A DNA stretch of 64,000 nt from an uncultured virus (IMG/VR IMGVR_UViG_3300035502_000498) (IMGVR_UViG_3300035502_000498), one strand, 5' to 3'; numbered from the stretch's first letter, positions 20,035 to 30,409 are shown. The notes: generated by a model from the letters alone, not told the origin. Program-made: numbers and translations.

Positions 20035-20454
20035 ATGAAAATGAAGATCTGGGACAAACACAAAGTCTATAATGTTTTGGCAACATTGTTAGGTGCACCT
20101 TGCACATCTATAGGAAATAAAACTGTATCTGGTTTGTTTCTTATTTTCATAACTGCAAATATTCTGACAAAGTATTCAGCTTCATATTTGTTTTCAGGTA
20201 TGCTTCATTTGTCTTTGGATCAGAAGATTGCCCTGTGGGTGATTTCGTCCATGATAATGTTCTTTGTTGCTTATATTGCTTGCAATATTATTTCTGCCAT
20301 AACTTTAATCATATTGTACGTATGCTCCAGTGATTTCAAAGAATATCATGAACATACCTTTTGGAAGGATTGTGAGAATGTTGGAGTCTTTTTCACCTTG
20401 TTTCTGGCTCTTTGCATTTCCTTCTTTTGGAACATCAAACACACTTTCTTCTAA
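20035..20454 (+). CDS. Membrane protein
   Basis: Several hydrophobic segments; start refined after AAGGAG. Confidence 0.6.
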   Translation: MKMKIWDKHKVYNVLATLLGAPCTSIGNKTVSGLFLIFITANILTKYSASYLFSGMLHLSLDQKIALWVISSMIMFFVAYIACNIISAITLIILYVCSSDFKEYHEHTFWKDCENVGVFFTLFLALCISFFWNIKHTFF

Positions 20455-20503
20455 TTCAGAATTTCATTGAATGAAACAGAACATGCAAAAGAAAGGTATA
20501 ATT

Positions 20504-20836
20504 ATGTTGCCAGCTCAATTAGAAACATATATGAGAATTATTGCAATGGAAACTCCCATGTTCCCATCCATCAAAGAATGTGCTCTTGCAAAGAGTCCAA
20601 TAACCAATAAACACTTTATCAAAGCAACAACCAAACAAGATAGAATTTTTGGAATCAGTTATGTATTTGGAACTTCCACCTATGAAATCTGGTCAAGCGT
20701 CGGGGAGTTCAGAGATTTTGAAGATCAACTTCATATAAGTTTTGATTCATTAACAGCTCTTCTTCTCTTCCTTAATAAAGCAGATATGGATGAAGTCCTT
20801 ATTAAAATGACTCCAGAATTAGATGATATCAAATAA
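20504..20836 (+). CDS. Hypothetical protein
   Basis: AAAGGT RBS; start refined. Confidence 0.55.
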   Translation: MLPAQLETYMRIIAMETPMFPSIKECALAKSPITNKHFIKATTKQDRIFGISYVFGTSTYEIWSSVGEFRDFEDQLHISFDSLTALLLFLNKADMDEVLIKMTPELDDIK

Positions 20837-20852
20837 GAAAAGAGGAATATAA

Positions 20853-21383
20853 ATGGCAAAGAAAACAGATAAGAAAACAGTGAGTAATCTATCTCTATTC
20901 ATTGGAACCATCTTAGACTTAATAGAAACAGATGAACTTTTGGATATGAAGAAAGCAGTTTCAGTATGCTCAAGAATAGATAAGTTCCTATATGATGTAG
21001 ATCGTCAACTTAAAAAGAAGGGTAATGACGAGTATTATCAATTAGACTTCAGCAGTGCAGATATGCAAGCTCTTGCAGTTGCTGCAGAAAAGCAAGTCAC
21101 CAAATTAAGACCAAAATGCACATATCGTTCAATGAGAAAAGCACTTGATAAAATGACCATAGAAGATGTTGGTATTCCATTAACAGATTATCGTAAATGG
21201 ACAGATGATACATGTCAACTCTTCTTCGTGATTGGTTCATTGCATAGGCTTCAATGCGTTGCAAGTTACCAAGCAACAATATTGGATATTCTTGAAAAAG
21301 AAGATGAAGATGGCAAGATTGAAAATGTTATGCTTAAAACTCTCAGAGAAGTTCTTAAGAAGGATAGTCCAAATATTTGGTAA
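20853..21383 (+). CDS. Hypothetical protein
   Basis: GAGGA RBS, 176 aa. Confidence 0.6.
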   Translation: MAKKTDKKTVSNLSLFIGTILDLIETDELLDMKKAVSVCSRIDKFLYDVDRQLKKKGNDEYYQLDFSSADMQALAVAAEKQVTKLRPKCTYRSMRKALDKMTIEDVGIPLTDYRKWTDDTCQLFFVIGSLHRLQCVASYQATILDILEKEDEDGKIENVMLKTLREVLKKDSPNIW

Positions 21384-21416
21384 ATAAATTTAGATTCTTA
21401 ATATGGAGGAATCAAC

Positions 21417-21797
21417 ATGATAAGTATTATAGATGGGAATATATTAGAAACAGATTGCAAAGTAATTGTTTTTCCAATTGGAGAAAATACTGAAGACTCA
21501 AGCATATTCTCCATGCCTATTAAAAACGAAGATTGTCCTGTTTATCCATTCTATCTTTTTGTCTTAGCGAAAGATAATGAATTGGATATGCTTGGATTCT
21601 ATAAGGCTTTGGTCCAACTCAAGAGCGTATTGGAAGCCAACTACATCTATAGCATTGCAATATCTTATGATTTCACCAAAGATTTGGATTTTGAAAGTCA
21701 AGAATCAGTATTCAGAATCATTGAAGAACTTTTTGCTGGTTCGTTGATTCATGTGAAACTATATAGATCCGAAGAAGGAACTTCAGATAATGAATAA
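21417..21797 (+). CDS. Degenerate macro-domain-like protein
   Basis: MISIIDGNILETDCKVIV start and SIAI...VFRIIEELF...VKLY end; core shortened. Confidence 0.45.
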   Translation: MISIIDGNILETDCKVIVFPIGENTEDSSIFSMPIKNEDCPVYPFYLFVLAKDNELDMLGFYKALVQLKSVLEANYIYSIAISYDFTKDLDFESQESVFRIIEELFAGSLIHVKLYRSEEGTSDNE

Positions 21798-22026
21798 TCT
21801 CATTAATAGAATTTCAGAAATTAAAGCTGCGGATGTGCGTATTGCTTTTTCATCAAATCCCTACTTAGATAACTTATTACACGCATCCACTTCTTCCCCT
21901 TATGCATCTTTCATTCGATACACTCTTCAGAAGAAGCATTTGAATCAGGTTCAATCCGAACTTGAACAAACTCTCATTCAAGTTCATGAAAATCTTAAGA
22001 CCAAACCTTCCCATTCTTTGCTATAA
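21790..22026 (+). CDS. Hypothetical protein
   Basis: Overlapping start, 78 aa. Confidence 0.45.
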   Translation: MNNLINRISEIKAADVRIAFSSNPYLDNLLHASTSSPYASFIRYTLQKKHLNQVQSELEQTLIQVHENLKTKPSHSLL

Positions 22027-22115
22027 TCTCCAAATTCTCGTCTCAGTCTCTTGTGTTTTCAACATCGGAATTCACACTAAATTTTGGTGTGTAGTTAAAG
22101 AAATGGAGATAGAAT

Positions 22116-23984
22116 ATGCACATTACAAATGTTAAAGTCCCAAGAGAGTGGACAAAACTTTCAGCTCTTATCCATTCAGGAAGAACCAAGTTCGAGTTTG
22201 AATTGGATAAAAACTATTATATCCACAATATATCAGAATATGTTCTTTGTCTTGCGCAATCAGATGAATTTCCAACAGATTCAACAGAAGTTTCAAAATT
22301 ATATAGCGGAAAATCTGCTGGTTATGTCAAGTCTGAAGGCAAAGACCTATATGTAAGAAATAATCTTCCAGATATTTATTCATTCCCTAAGACAATTGCT
22401 ATTGTTCTTTCAGATGATGTAACTGCTGATACAGCACTTCCTGTTGGAGATTATAAAGAAGCACCAAGTCTAAGAGGTGCTTATGTATTCAAAGCTTCAG
22501 TAGAATCAGAAGCAGATCTTCCTGAAACTGCAGAAGTTGGTGATGTCTATGATATTAAAGCAACTGGTATGAACGTTGCATGGACAGGTTCAGAATGGGA
22601 TGACTTGGGTCAAAAAGTTGTTGAAGTTGATTTGACTCCATACGCATTAAAAGACGATGTCAATTCAGAAGTAACTTCTTTAAAAGAAGCAGATGCTCAA
22701 CTTGAAATAAAAATCCAAGACAAAGCAGATACCGTTGAAGTTTATTCTGCATTGGATACAAAACTTAATAAGTCTGATCTTCCAGAAAATGTGTCTGCAT
22801 TTAATAATGATGCTGGATACTTATCTGAACACCAAGATATTTCAGGTTTGGCAACCAAAGAAGAATTAAAAGACTATGCAAAATCTGAAGCTCTTGATGC
22901 TTATGCAACAAAAGAATCATTATCAGATTATGCAAAATCTGAAGCATTGGATGCATATGCAACTACCGAAGCATTGGATGCTTCATTATTGCTTAAAGCA
23001 AATGCATCAGACTTAACTAAACTATCAGATGCATTGGATGATAAAGCAGAAACATCAGATTTGGTTACAGTTAAATCAATTGCAGATGCTTCAGATGCAG
23101 CAGTAACTTCTGCTCTATCTAGACTTGGTTTGGTAGAAGACAGACTTTCTGCTTTATCCAAAACAAACACAGAACCAGTTGCTGCAGAATCAGGAACAGC
23201 TCTTGCACTTTCAGATACCACAAAAGATTATATCGTAAGTGGGGAAATTGATCAGACTGCAACTATTACTGGTAAATCTGTAACTTTGAAATCTGCAACT
23301 CTTTCTAATAATGCTAGATTGAAAGTTTCTGCAACAGATGGAGATGTTGATGTTAAAGACTTAACTGTTTCTGGATCTTTCCCAAAAGCTTCTGGAAATT
23401 CAGTAGTTCAAATCAGCGATGCAGAGTATGTAACTATTAAAGATGCAACTATTGATGCAACTGCATATAACTTGGCAGAGATTGGTCTTAAAGCAGACAC
23501 TCTTCCTAAAGGTGTTTTGATCGATAATTGCAGATTTGAAGGAACATTATCAAATAATGCAATATTGATATTTGGTACTCAAGATGATGCAGTTATCAAT
23601 ATTAATAATTGCTATTTCCAAGATGTATCAAATGCAATACGTTTGTCGAATAGAACCAATGCTAAGAACGTAACTATCAATATCACAAATTGTACTTGTG
23701 ATAAATGGGATGCAACTCCTGCTTATGCTGGCTTGCTACTTTGCCAAGATTATACTTCAAAATCTGCAACTGAAGTAGAAGAAAACAATCTATTTGGTCC
23801 AGATAAGATTACAATCAATATTAGCAACTTCACTGGTCCGGATGGAAAGAAACTTGTTGCTCCTGAAGACCTTGCTTCTATTTGTGGAACTGCTACAGAA
23901 GATCAAGTTATTTACTTGTGGACCGATGTTGCAGGAGCAGTTGCTTATGATTCTGCTAAATATCCAAGAATCAATATTATGTAA
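22116..23984 (+). CDS. Virion fibre/adhesin-like protein with C-terminal beta-helix-like domain
   Basis: FKASVESEADLP..GDVY..WTGSEWDDLG module, VSAFNNDAGYL, YAK/YAT repeats, INI.NC.F beta-helix pattern. Confidence 0.6.
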   Translation: MHITNVKVPREWTKLSALIHSGRTKFEFELDKNYYIHNISEYVLCLAQSDEFPTDSTEVSKLYSGKSAGYVKSEGKDLYVRNNLPDIYSFPKTIAIVLSDDVTADTALPVGDYKEAPSLRGAYVFKASVESEADLPETAEVGDVYDIKATGMNVAWTGSEWDDLGQKVVEVDLTPYALKDDVNSEVTSLKEADAQLEIKIQDKADTVEVYSALDTKLNKSDLPENVSAFNNDAGYLSEHQDISGLATKEELKDYAKSEALDAYATKESLSDYAKSEALDAYATTEALDASLLLKANASDLTKLSDALDDKAETSDLVTVKSIADASDAAVTSALSRLGLVEDRLSALSKTNTEPVAAESGTALALSDTTKDYIVSGEIDQTATITGKSVTLKSATLSNNARLKVSATDGDVDVKDLTVSGSFPKASGNSVVQISDAEYVTIKDATIDATAYNLAEIGLKADTLPKGVLIDNCRFEGTLSNNAILIFGTQDDAVININNCYFQDVSNAIRLSNRTNAKNVTINITNCTCDKWDATPAYAGLLLCQDYTSKSATEVEENNLFGPDKITINISNFTGPDGKKLVAPEDLASICGTATEDQVIYLWTDVAGAVAYDSAKYPRINIM

Positions 23985-24162
23985 ATGTTTACAATTCCTT
24001 ACTTATCTATATGATAACATTCTATCTACTCCAAAAGGACTCTATACTAGAGTCCTTTTCTCTTGAAAATTAATAGTATTATGGATATTACTGCACTAAA
24101 ATACTTTCTTTTCTGTTTAATCCTATTTGAAGCATATCTGATATTCTTGATAGGATAAGATT

Positions 24163-24282
24163 TCAAGAATTATTAAGTTTTTATAAGTTCTGAAAGGATA
24201 GGATTTATACTATCTTTAAGGAAATTCTATTTTATTCTAGAACAGGGTATTTACTTTTATTTCGTTTTGTTAAATAATTAGA
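24163..24282 (+). promoter_or_regulatory. Repeated early-promoter-like element, copy 3
   Basis: TCAAGAATTATTAAGTTTTTATAAGTTCTGAAA...AGGGTATTTACTTTTATTTCGTTTTGTTAAATAATTAG. Confidence 0.7.
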
Positions 24283-24310
24283 ATGCTAAGAATAAACGAA
24301 AGGAATTCAG

Positions 24311-24679
24311 ATGACAATAGAAAAGAATACGTGTGTGAAAACAATAACAGCGAAAGAATATTGGAATGAATATTTAGCAACAGCTTTATTAAGAACTGGC
24401 TATTTGCCAGAAGATCTGTATTATATGATTACGACAAGTGAAGATCTGCAAAAATACATTACCAATACAGTAGTACGAAATTGGTACATGCAAAATGATA
24501 ATCTTCAAGATGTTGTGCAAGAAATAATCTGTACTCGTAATATAGATGATAAACATTTTTCTCAATCAAATGACACAGAAGATTTAACGGATTGTATTAA
24601 TACTGTTTTTGGTATTGAATTTTTGATTGAAGTCTTAGATGATGAAACAGCAATTATAGAACAAGAAAGGAACAAATAA
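24311..24679 (+). CDS. Hypothetical protein
   Basis: AAGGA RBS, first gene after the promoter-like element. Confidence 0.6.
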   Translation: MTIEKNTCVKTITAKEYWNEYLATALLRTGYLPEDLYYMITTSEDLQKYITNTVVRNWYMQNDNLQDVVQEIICTRNIDDKHFSQSNDTEDLTDCINTVFGIEFLIEVLDDETAIIEQERNK

Positions 24680-24838
24680 TGAGTGAACTAAATCTAAACA
24701 AGACTACCATTGATTGGAATAGCTACGAAAAGCTCCAAGAGAAATTGGCAAGAAAAGAGAAATTTACAAAATCAGAACATGATTACTATACGTATATGTA
24801 TCATGTAGAGGAATTCGAAGCATATGGAGAATTATAAG

Positions 24839-25414
24839 ATGAACGAAAAACAAATAACCACAGGATTATATGGATGGAAACATACAGACAATCTTGGAAT
24901 GTCACAAGATATGTGTGATGCAATGGTGAAATTGGTCAAGGAAGTTTCTGCAGAAAATAAGCAGTTAAGAGAAGAACTTGAAAAGCAACAATCAAAGCAA
25001 GAAAACAAAAAGTGGAAACCAAAGAGTGGAGAAACTTATTTCTATATAGATTGCATGGGAGAGGTTTCAAAACGTGAAAGTCAGGAGTCTTATTATGATA
25101 AGTGGAGAGTATCGCAAGGTAATTATTTCAAGACAAAAGAACAAGCAAAACAGCACTTGGAAAATCTCAAAACCAAAGCTGAACTCAAAGAACTTATGGA
25201 AGAATTGAATGGTGACAAGATAATTGATTGGGAAAATCCAGATCAGAAGAAATATTATATCTACTATAGCTATCCAGGAGAAATGTTGCAAACCATGTGC
25301 TTAAATGATATGAAATCAATGGATATTTATTGCCTAGATAAAGATTTCTTAAACAAAGCAATCAAGAAAATTGGTGAAAAACGTTTGATAAATATGATAA
25401 AAAGTGAGGTATAA
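24839..25414 (+). CDS. Phage hypothetical family W paralog 1
   Basis: WKPK.GE.YFY...GNYFKTKEQA...ELNGD..IDWE..YCLD..IGEKRL. Confidence 0.7.
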   Translation: MNEKQITTGLYGWKHTDNLGMSQDMCDAMVKLVKEVSAENKQLREELEKQQSKQENKKWKPKSGETYFYIDCMGEVSKRESQESYYDKWRVSQGNYFKTKEQAKQHLENLKTKAELKELMEELNGDKIIDWENPDQKKYYIYYSYPGEMLQTMCLNDMKSMDIYCLDKDFLNKAIKKIGEKRLINMIKSEV

Positions 25415-25417
25415 GCT

Positions 25418-25924
25418 ATGACTACATTAGAAGAATTAGAACAAAAACAACAAGAGCTAATAAAGCAACAAAATGAAATTGCTAAACAAATAGAAGAATT
25501 AAAAGAAAACGAAAAGAAAAAGTGGCAACCTCTACTCGGAGAATATTATTCCTACATAGATAGTAAAGGGAAAGCTCTTATTGCTATGCGTCAGAATAAT
25601 GGTGTTACCGAGTGGAGAATATGTCAAGGTAATTGTTTTGAAAGCCTAGAACAAGCAGAACAATATCGAGAAAACTTAAACACAAAATCCTTGCTCCGAG
25701 CCTTAGCAGATGAGTTGAATGGGGATGAAGTGATTGATTGGAAAGAAAATTTACCTAAATATTGTTTATACTATAATCAAGAGCTCGGTGAAGTATATAC
25801 TACACGCAATTCGGCAAACCGCACTCAAGGGGTTATTTATTGCCTAGACAGAAACTTTGGAGAAAAAGCCATTCAACGCATAGGCGAACAACGTTTAATT
25901 GACCTGATAAAAAGTGGAGTGTAA
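25418..25924 (+). CDS. Phage hypothetical family W paralog 2
   Basis: Same motif set with N-terminal coiled coil. Confidence 0.7.
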   Translation: MTTLEELEQKQQELIKQQNEIAKQIEELKENEKKKWQPLLGEYYSYIDSKGKALIAMRQNNGVTEWRICQGNCFESLEQAEQYRENLNTKSLLRALADELNGDEVIDWKENLPKYCLYYNQELGEVYTTRNSANRTQGVIYCLDRNFGEKAIQRIGEQRLIDLIKSGV

Positions 25925-25925
25925 G

Positions 25926-26312
25926 ATGAAATTTTATTGTTGTCAATGTAGCAAAGAGGTACAAGCACAACTCGTGAGTGGAGATGTAATCTATCCACAT
26001 AGACCAGATTTGTATAATCAAAAATTTTATATATGTCCAAAGTGTGGTAAATACGTAGGCACTCACAAAGGCACAATAAGACCACTTGGCTGTATTCCAA
26101 CAAATGAATTAAAAGTAGAAAGACAAAAGATACATACCAAGATGGATATTTTATGGAAAACTAAACAAATATCGAGAAATAAATTGTATAAGCTAATTTC
26201 TCAAAAACTGGGCTATAACTATCATACTGGAGAAACAAGAACTGTTCAAGAATGTTTAAAAGTATTGGATATAATAGATGAAATAAGAAAAGAAATAAAG
26301 GCAGGTGTGTAA
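25926..26312 (+). CDS. DUF3268-like zinc-finger protein
   Basis: CCQC...IYPHRPDL..FYICPKCGKYVGTH..PLG...R..IH..D.LWK. Confidence 0.75.
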   Translation: MKFYCCQCSKEVQAQLVSGDVIYPHRPDLYNQKFYICPKCGKYVGTHKGTIRPLGCIPTNELKVERQKIHTKMDILWKTKQISRNKLYKLISQKLGYNYHTGETRTVQECLKVLDIIDEIRKEIKAGV

Positions 26313-26512
26313 TGATAGGATGTCAACAGAAATATTGTAAATATTGTGTAAAACCAGTATTTTATAAAAGAACTGGAAAATTCTTTTATGGACATTGTAA
26401 AATATCCAATCAACTAATTTTTGAGTGCAATCCAGAAGAAGGTAAAAACTATGATTATTTACCTTTGTATTGCGACTCTTACACACCTAGAAAAAGAAAG
26501 ATAAACTATTAG
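26312..26512 (+). CDS. Small Cys-rich protein
   Basis: CKYC..GHC..C pattern. Confidence 0.5.
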   Translation: MIGCQQKYCKYCVKPVFYKRTGKFFYGHCKISNQLIFECNPEEGKNYDYLPLYCDSYTPRKRKINY

Positions 26513-26526
26513 AAAGGCACAAGAAA

Positions 26527-27015
26527 ATGAATATACAAGAAATAGAGGAACAGATTAAAGCACTTCAAGCAGAACTTGAAAAATTAAAAGGTAAACAAGA
26601 AAACAAAAAGTGGAAACTTGAAAGAGGTATAAAATATTATTTCGCAACTCATTTTGGAGTTGTTGGCACTGCTATCTATGAAGATTCATCAGGAGATAAA
26701 TGGTGTATTCAGCAAGGAAATTGTTTTCAAACAGAAGAACAGGCTGAACAATATCTTGAAAACTTAAAAACCAAAGCTGAATTAAGAGCTTTGGCAGATG
26801 AGTTGAATGGTGACAGGATAATTGATTGGGAACATTACAACCCAACCAAATATTCTATTATGTATGATTATGGACTAAAAACTATATCTCTAGGTACTAC
26901 TGCCACCTCTCAAGACGCTGATGTTATCTATTGCTTAGATGAAAACTTTGCTGATATAGCAAGCGAACGCATTGGTGAGAAACGGATTATAAACATGATA
27001 AAGGCAGGTGTTTAA
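26527..27015 (+). CDS. Phage hypothetical family W paralog 3
   Basis: Same motif set as 24839 and 25418. Confidence 0.7.
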   Translation: MNIQEIEEQIKALQAELEKLKGKQENKKWKLERGIKYYFATHFGVVGTAIYEDSSGDKWCIQQGNCFQTEEQAEQYLENLKTKAELRALADELNGDRIIDWEHYNPTKYSIMYDYGLKTISLGTTATSQDADVIYCLDENFADIASERIGEKRIINMIKAGV

Positions 27016-27017
27016 TA

Positions 27018-27218
27018 ATGAAGCATAGAAAGATGAGAAAAATAAAGCCTTTTCTAAGACTTAAAGCATCTGTGGAAAGAGAATTACAGCAAGCTCAAGA
27101 GAACGGAATCTCTAGATTTTCACCAGAAGCCTTTGCTTTGTTGAACCTATTTGATTTTCTTGTTGCCACCCATGCTAAGAAACTGCAGAAAGGAAGGATA
27201 CAATCATGGATACATTAG
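27018..27218 (+). CDS. Hypothetical protein
   Basis: Tightly packed small ORF. Confidence 0.45.
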   Translation: MKHRKMRKIKPFLRLKASVERELQQAQENGISRFSPEAFALLNLFDFLVATHAKKLQKGRIQSWIH

Positions 27219-27976
27219 AAGAATTAGAACAAAAGCAACAAGAATTGATAGAACAGCAAAAAGAGGTCTCCAGATTAATAAAAGAGCTCAAAGAAAAACA
27301 ACAAGAGTCATGGAAACCAAAATATGGAGAAAAATACTATTACATCACGGATAAAGGTTCTATATCTTGGACTGACTGGGAAAGCTATGCTCTAGATGAA
27401 TATAGACACAGTATTGGAAATTGTTTTAAATGCTATGACCAAGCAGGACAGAATCTTGCTTATTATGATACTAAGATTGAGCTAAAGAATCTTGCAAAAG
27501 AATTAAATGCAGATAGAACCTTTGATTGGAGAGAAATCAATCAAGCAAAATATTATATCAACTATGTTCCTATGTATAATGATTTGGTTCTTCAAAGTGT
27601 TTGGAGTGCTATGACTATAGGACAAGTTTATTGCTTGGATAGCAGTTTTCTTGACAGAGCCATTGAACGTATTGGTAAAGAACGTTTGATAGAAATGCTG
27701 AAAGCATCTATTAATGTTCAATACATACAAACAAATACAACCAGAGAAGAATTTTATACTCCAACAGAAGCTGAAGTACCTGTTGAAGAAGATTCAGATA
27801 AAGAGAAACCATATATCATTGTGGATAAAGTTACCAATATGGCAATTCCTACTCTTGAATTTACAAATGCGTTTGCTGCAAGACACTATGTAGAACGACA
27901 CCAATACAATGATGATATAGGTGAAGTATATTGGACTACAAAAGAATTGTATAATAGAAAGAGACAGAAGAAATAG
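27206..27976 (+). CDS. Phage hypothetical family W paralog 4 with C-terminal extension
   Basis: N-terminus nearly identical to 25418 (TLEELEQKQQELI); extra ~90 aa. Confidence 0.7.
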   Translation: MDTLEELEQKQQELIEQQKEVSRLIKELKEKQQESWKPKYGEKYYYITDKGSISWTDWESYALDEYRHSIGNCFKCYDQAGQNLAYYDTKIELKNLAKELNADRTFDWREINQAKYYINYVPMYNDLVLQSVWSAMTIGQVYCLDSSFLDRAIERIGKERLIEMLKASINVQYIQTNTTREEFYTPTEAEVPVEEDSDKEKPYIIVDKVTNMAIPTLEFTNAFAARHYVERHQYNDDIGEVYWTTKELYNRKRQKK

Positions 27977-28058
27977 CTGGTTATACTTGTTCAGATGGTA
28001 CAAAAATAAGACATGCAATATGTGACAAGATTTTGAAAATTATTGAGAAGGGTTTGAA

Positions 28059-28235
28059 ATGAAAACTGAAAAAGAAATAAAAGAAAAAAAAAAATTAAAC
28101 AATGCCGACATCAAATAGTTGACAATCTTTTTTTCTCCAAACAATATAGTACCACTTATATCAGCAATAGAAGCTCTTGAATGGGTATTGGGTGATTATG
28201 ATGAAACGCAGAGAAAAACTAAAAGATGTAATTGA
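28059..28235 (+). pseudogene. Small phage gene interrupted by an in-frame TAG / homopolymer slips
   Basis: MKTEKEIKEK...TAG...ISAIEALEWVLGD; A11 and T7 runs bracket an alternative open frame. Confidence 0.45.
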
Positions 28236-28982
28236 ATTCGTTCAAAGGTATAATGAGATCAGAAAAATAAAAGCATATGGGCAAGACTTAGCAATTCTTC
28301 AACGAGGTCAAGAATTGCTAAAGGAATTAAATGAATGGCTAAATGAGGAAGTGGAAGAATGAACAGAAAGCCTTTTGGGTTTAGAATCAAAGAATTTAGC
28401 GAACTATCTCCTGATGAAAGAGAAAATGAAATGATTCCTTATGAAGTTCTTTTCAGAGATGATGTAGAATGTAAGAAACGCACCGACCAAATACTAAATG
28501 ATGCATTTAGAAAAGGTTGGTTGTATAAGGAGGAACAATGAACAAAACGTACAAAGGTATGATAAACGTAGATAGATATTTTAAAGCCTATTCAGATGGT
28601 GTAGATTATGAATTTCAATCACAATTAACAGACGATTTATTAACGGAAATTCTTAGAGCAAATGAAAGAATTATTGAATTAGATGATACATTAGATGGGA
28701 TTTATAAAAAGTTATTTGAAAAGGACAATGAAAATGAATAATGATATAGACGTAAGCAAATGTGATTATTATGGTTATGAGGGTGAATGTATTATTGAAC
28801 TAAAACATTGTAGCAATTTTCTCAATTGTCTATATAGACAGTTGCAACGAAAAACGCAAGAATATGAAAAATCCAATCAAGTTCTTGAAGATATAAAGAA
28901 TTATTGCAAAGATGTCAAGTTTGATTTTGGCAGTAAACCAGTAGCCATAGATATTTTAAAAATCATTGAGAAAGGACAATAA
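28198..28982 (+). other. Run of four small overlapping hypothetical phage ORFs
   Basis: ORFs ending at 28362, 28541, 28741 and 28982 with overlapping start/stop junctions. Confidence 0.5.
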
Positions 28983-29184
28983 AAATGAATAATGATATAC
29001 CAAAAGGCATGGGAACATGTGGATATTGGGAACAAGTATTTTATCAAGATGATTATGATTCTGAAGAAGAAAAATGTTACCAATGGTGTAATTGCAAGAA
29101 CCAACCTATAGATGAAGAAGATTGCATAGAATGCGATAAATATGAATGTATGTATTAGTTGATAGAAGCAGAAAGGAAATTGAA

Positions 29185-29619
29185 ATGATTGATCTTAGTG
29201 GATTTTATCTTAGTCCCAGATTTAAAATAAGACTCTGGGACAAACCAACATCTCAAATGACAAATAATGTAATAGTAAATCCATGGCTGCCTTTATCCAT
29301 AACTGCATCATTTTATGATTATACTATTGTTTATTCAGGAGGCAGATTAAAAGATGTTGTCTTAATGCAAAATACAGGATTATTTGATAAGAATCATAAA
29401 CCTATTTATGAAGAAGATATTGTTAAAACTCTTGCTGGACCAATATTGATAAAATATTGCGATACGTGCAAACAGTTCGAGCCATTTATTTTATATGATT
29501 ATGCACCTTTCTGTTTGGCTTGTGCAGGAGACATGCAATGGAATGAACTTGTTGAAGATGAGCAAGATCTTGAAGTAATTGGAAACTTTTATGAGAATCC
29601 TGAGTTGCTACGAGAATAA
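29185..29619 (+). CDS. YopX family protein
   Basis: FKIRLWDK...LMQNTGLFDKNHKPIYEEDIV...EVIGNFYENPELL. Confidence 0.9.
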   Translation: MIDLSGFYLSPRFKIRLWDKPTSQMTNNVIVNPWLPLSITASFYDYTIVYSGGRLKDVVLMQNTGLFDKNHKPIYEEDIVKTLAGPILIKYCDTCKQFEPFILYDYAPFCLACAGDMQWNELVEDEQDLEVIGNFYENPELLRE

Positions 29620-29649
29620 TTTGTTGGAATTCATATTCAATAAAGCTAT

Positions 29650-29764
29650 TCAAGAATTATTAAGTTTCTTTAAGTTCCGAAATCATATTATATTTATTAT
29701 CTTCTGTTTTATTCTAAAACAGGGTATTTACTTTTGTTTCGTTTAGGTAAATAATTAAGTCATG
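29650..29764 (+). promoter_or_regulatory. Repeated early-promoter-like element, copy 4
   Basis: TCAAGAATTATTAAGTTTCTTTAAGTTCC...AGGGTATTTACTTTTGTTTCGTTTAGGTAAATAATTAAGTCAT. Confidence 0.7.
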
Positions 29765-29802
29765 ACAAGTATTTAGATTTTCAACTGAAAGGAGAAATCA
29801 TA

Positions 29803-29973
29803 ATGTCTATAGAAAGAGAATACAACAAACAGATAGATGAAGCACTTCAACTTGAAGCAGCTGGATTTACGAAAGCCGATATTGAAGAAATGGATAGAAG
29901 GTATACAAGAAGAAATGAAGAACCATCTATTCCACTAGAAGATTTTCTAAAGGAGATTGGCTATGAAGGTTAA
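29803..29973 (+). CDS. Antitoxin-like acidic peptide A (56 aa, not in ORF track)
   Basis: MSIEREYNKQIDEALQLEAAGFTKADIEEMDRRYTRRNEEPSIPLEDFLKEIGYEG; overlaps start of the ParE-like gene. Confidence 0.75.
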   Translation: MSIEREYNKQIDEALQLEAAGFTKADIEEMDRRYTRRNEEPSIPLEDFLKEIGYEG

Positions 29974-30238
29974 TTTAGATCCAAGTGCAAAAGAAGATTG
30001 GCTCAGTTCAATAGAACACAAGGAAGCTAGCCCAAGAACAGATGCGAATAAGTTCATTTCTTGTTTGGCTGAAACCATGCGGTCTCTAGCCTTTATGCCT
30101 TTACGACATCCAAAAGTTCCAACAAGGGATTATCACTATATAATAGATAAGACTTATGAATATAAGATATGCTACTATGTTGAAGATGAATATGTTCGCA
30201 TACTTTATGTGATTCATCCAAAAGAAAACAGATACTAA
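29963..30238 (+). CDS. RelE/ParE-family toxin-like protein
   Basis: MKVNLDPSAKEDW...LAFMPLRHP...YKICYYVEDEYVRILYVIHPK, typical ParE size and pattern. Confidence 0.75.
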   Translation: MKVNLDPSAKEDWLSSIEHKEASPRTDANKFISCLAETMRSLAFMPLRHPKVPTRDYHYIIDKTYEYKICYYVEDEYVRILYVIHPKENRY

Positions 30239-30250
30239 GGAGAACATCTT

Positions 30251-30409
30251 ATGTCAGAAGAATCTAATCAATTAGTTCAACTTGAATCAGCTGGATTTTC
30301 TCTAGCTGATATTGAGGAGCTAGATAGAAGACATTCTAGAATAGGAATTGATCGTTCTTATTCCATGGAAGAAATGTGGAAGGAGCTCACAGATGAAATC
30401 AGAAATTGA
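30251..30409 (+). CDS. Antitoxin-like acidic peptide B (52 aa, not in ORF track)
   Basis: MSEESNQLVQLESAGFSLADIEELDRRHSRIGIDRSYSMEEMWKELTDEIRN; AAGGAG RBS. Confidence 0.7.
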   Translation: MSEESNQLVQLESAGFSLADIEELDRRHSRIGIDRSYSMEEMWKELTDEIRN

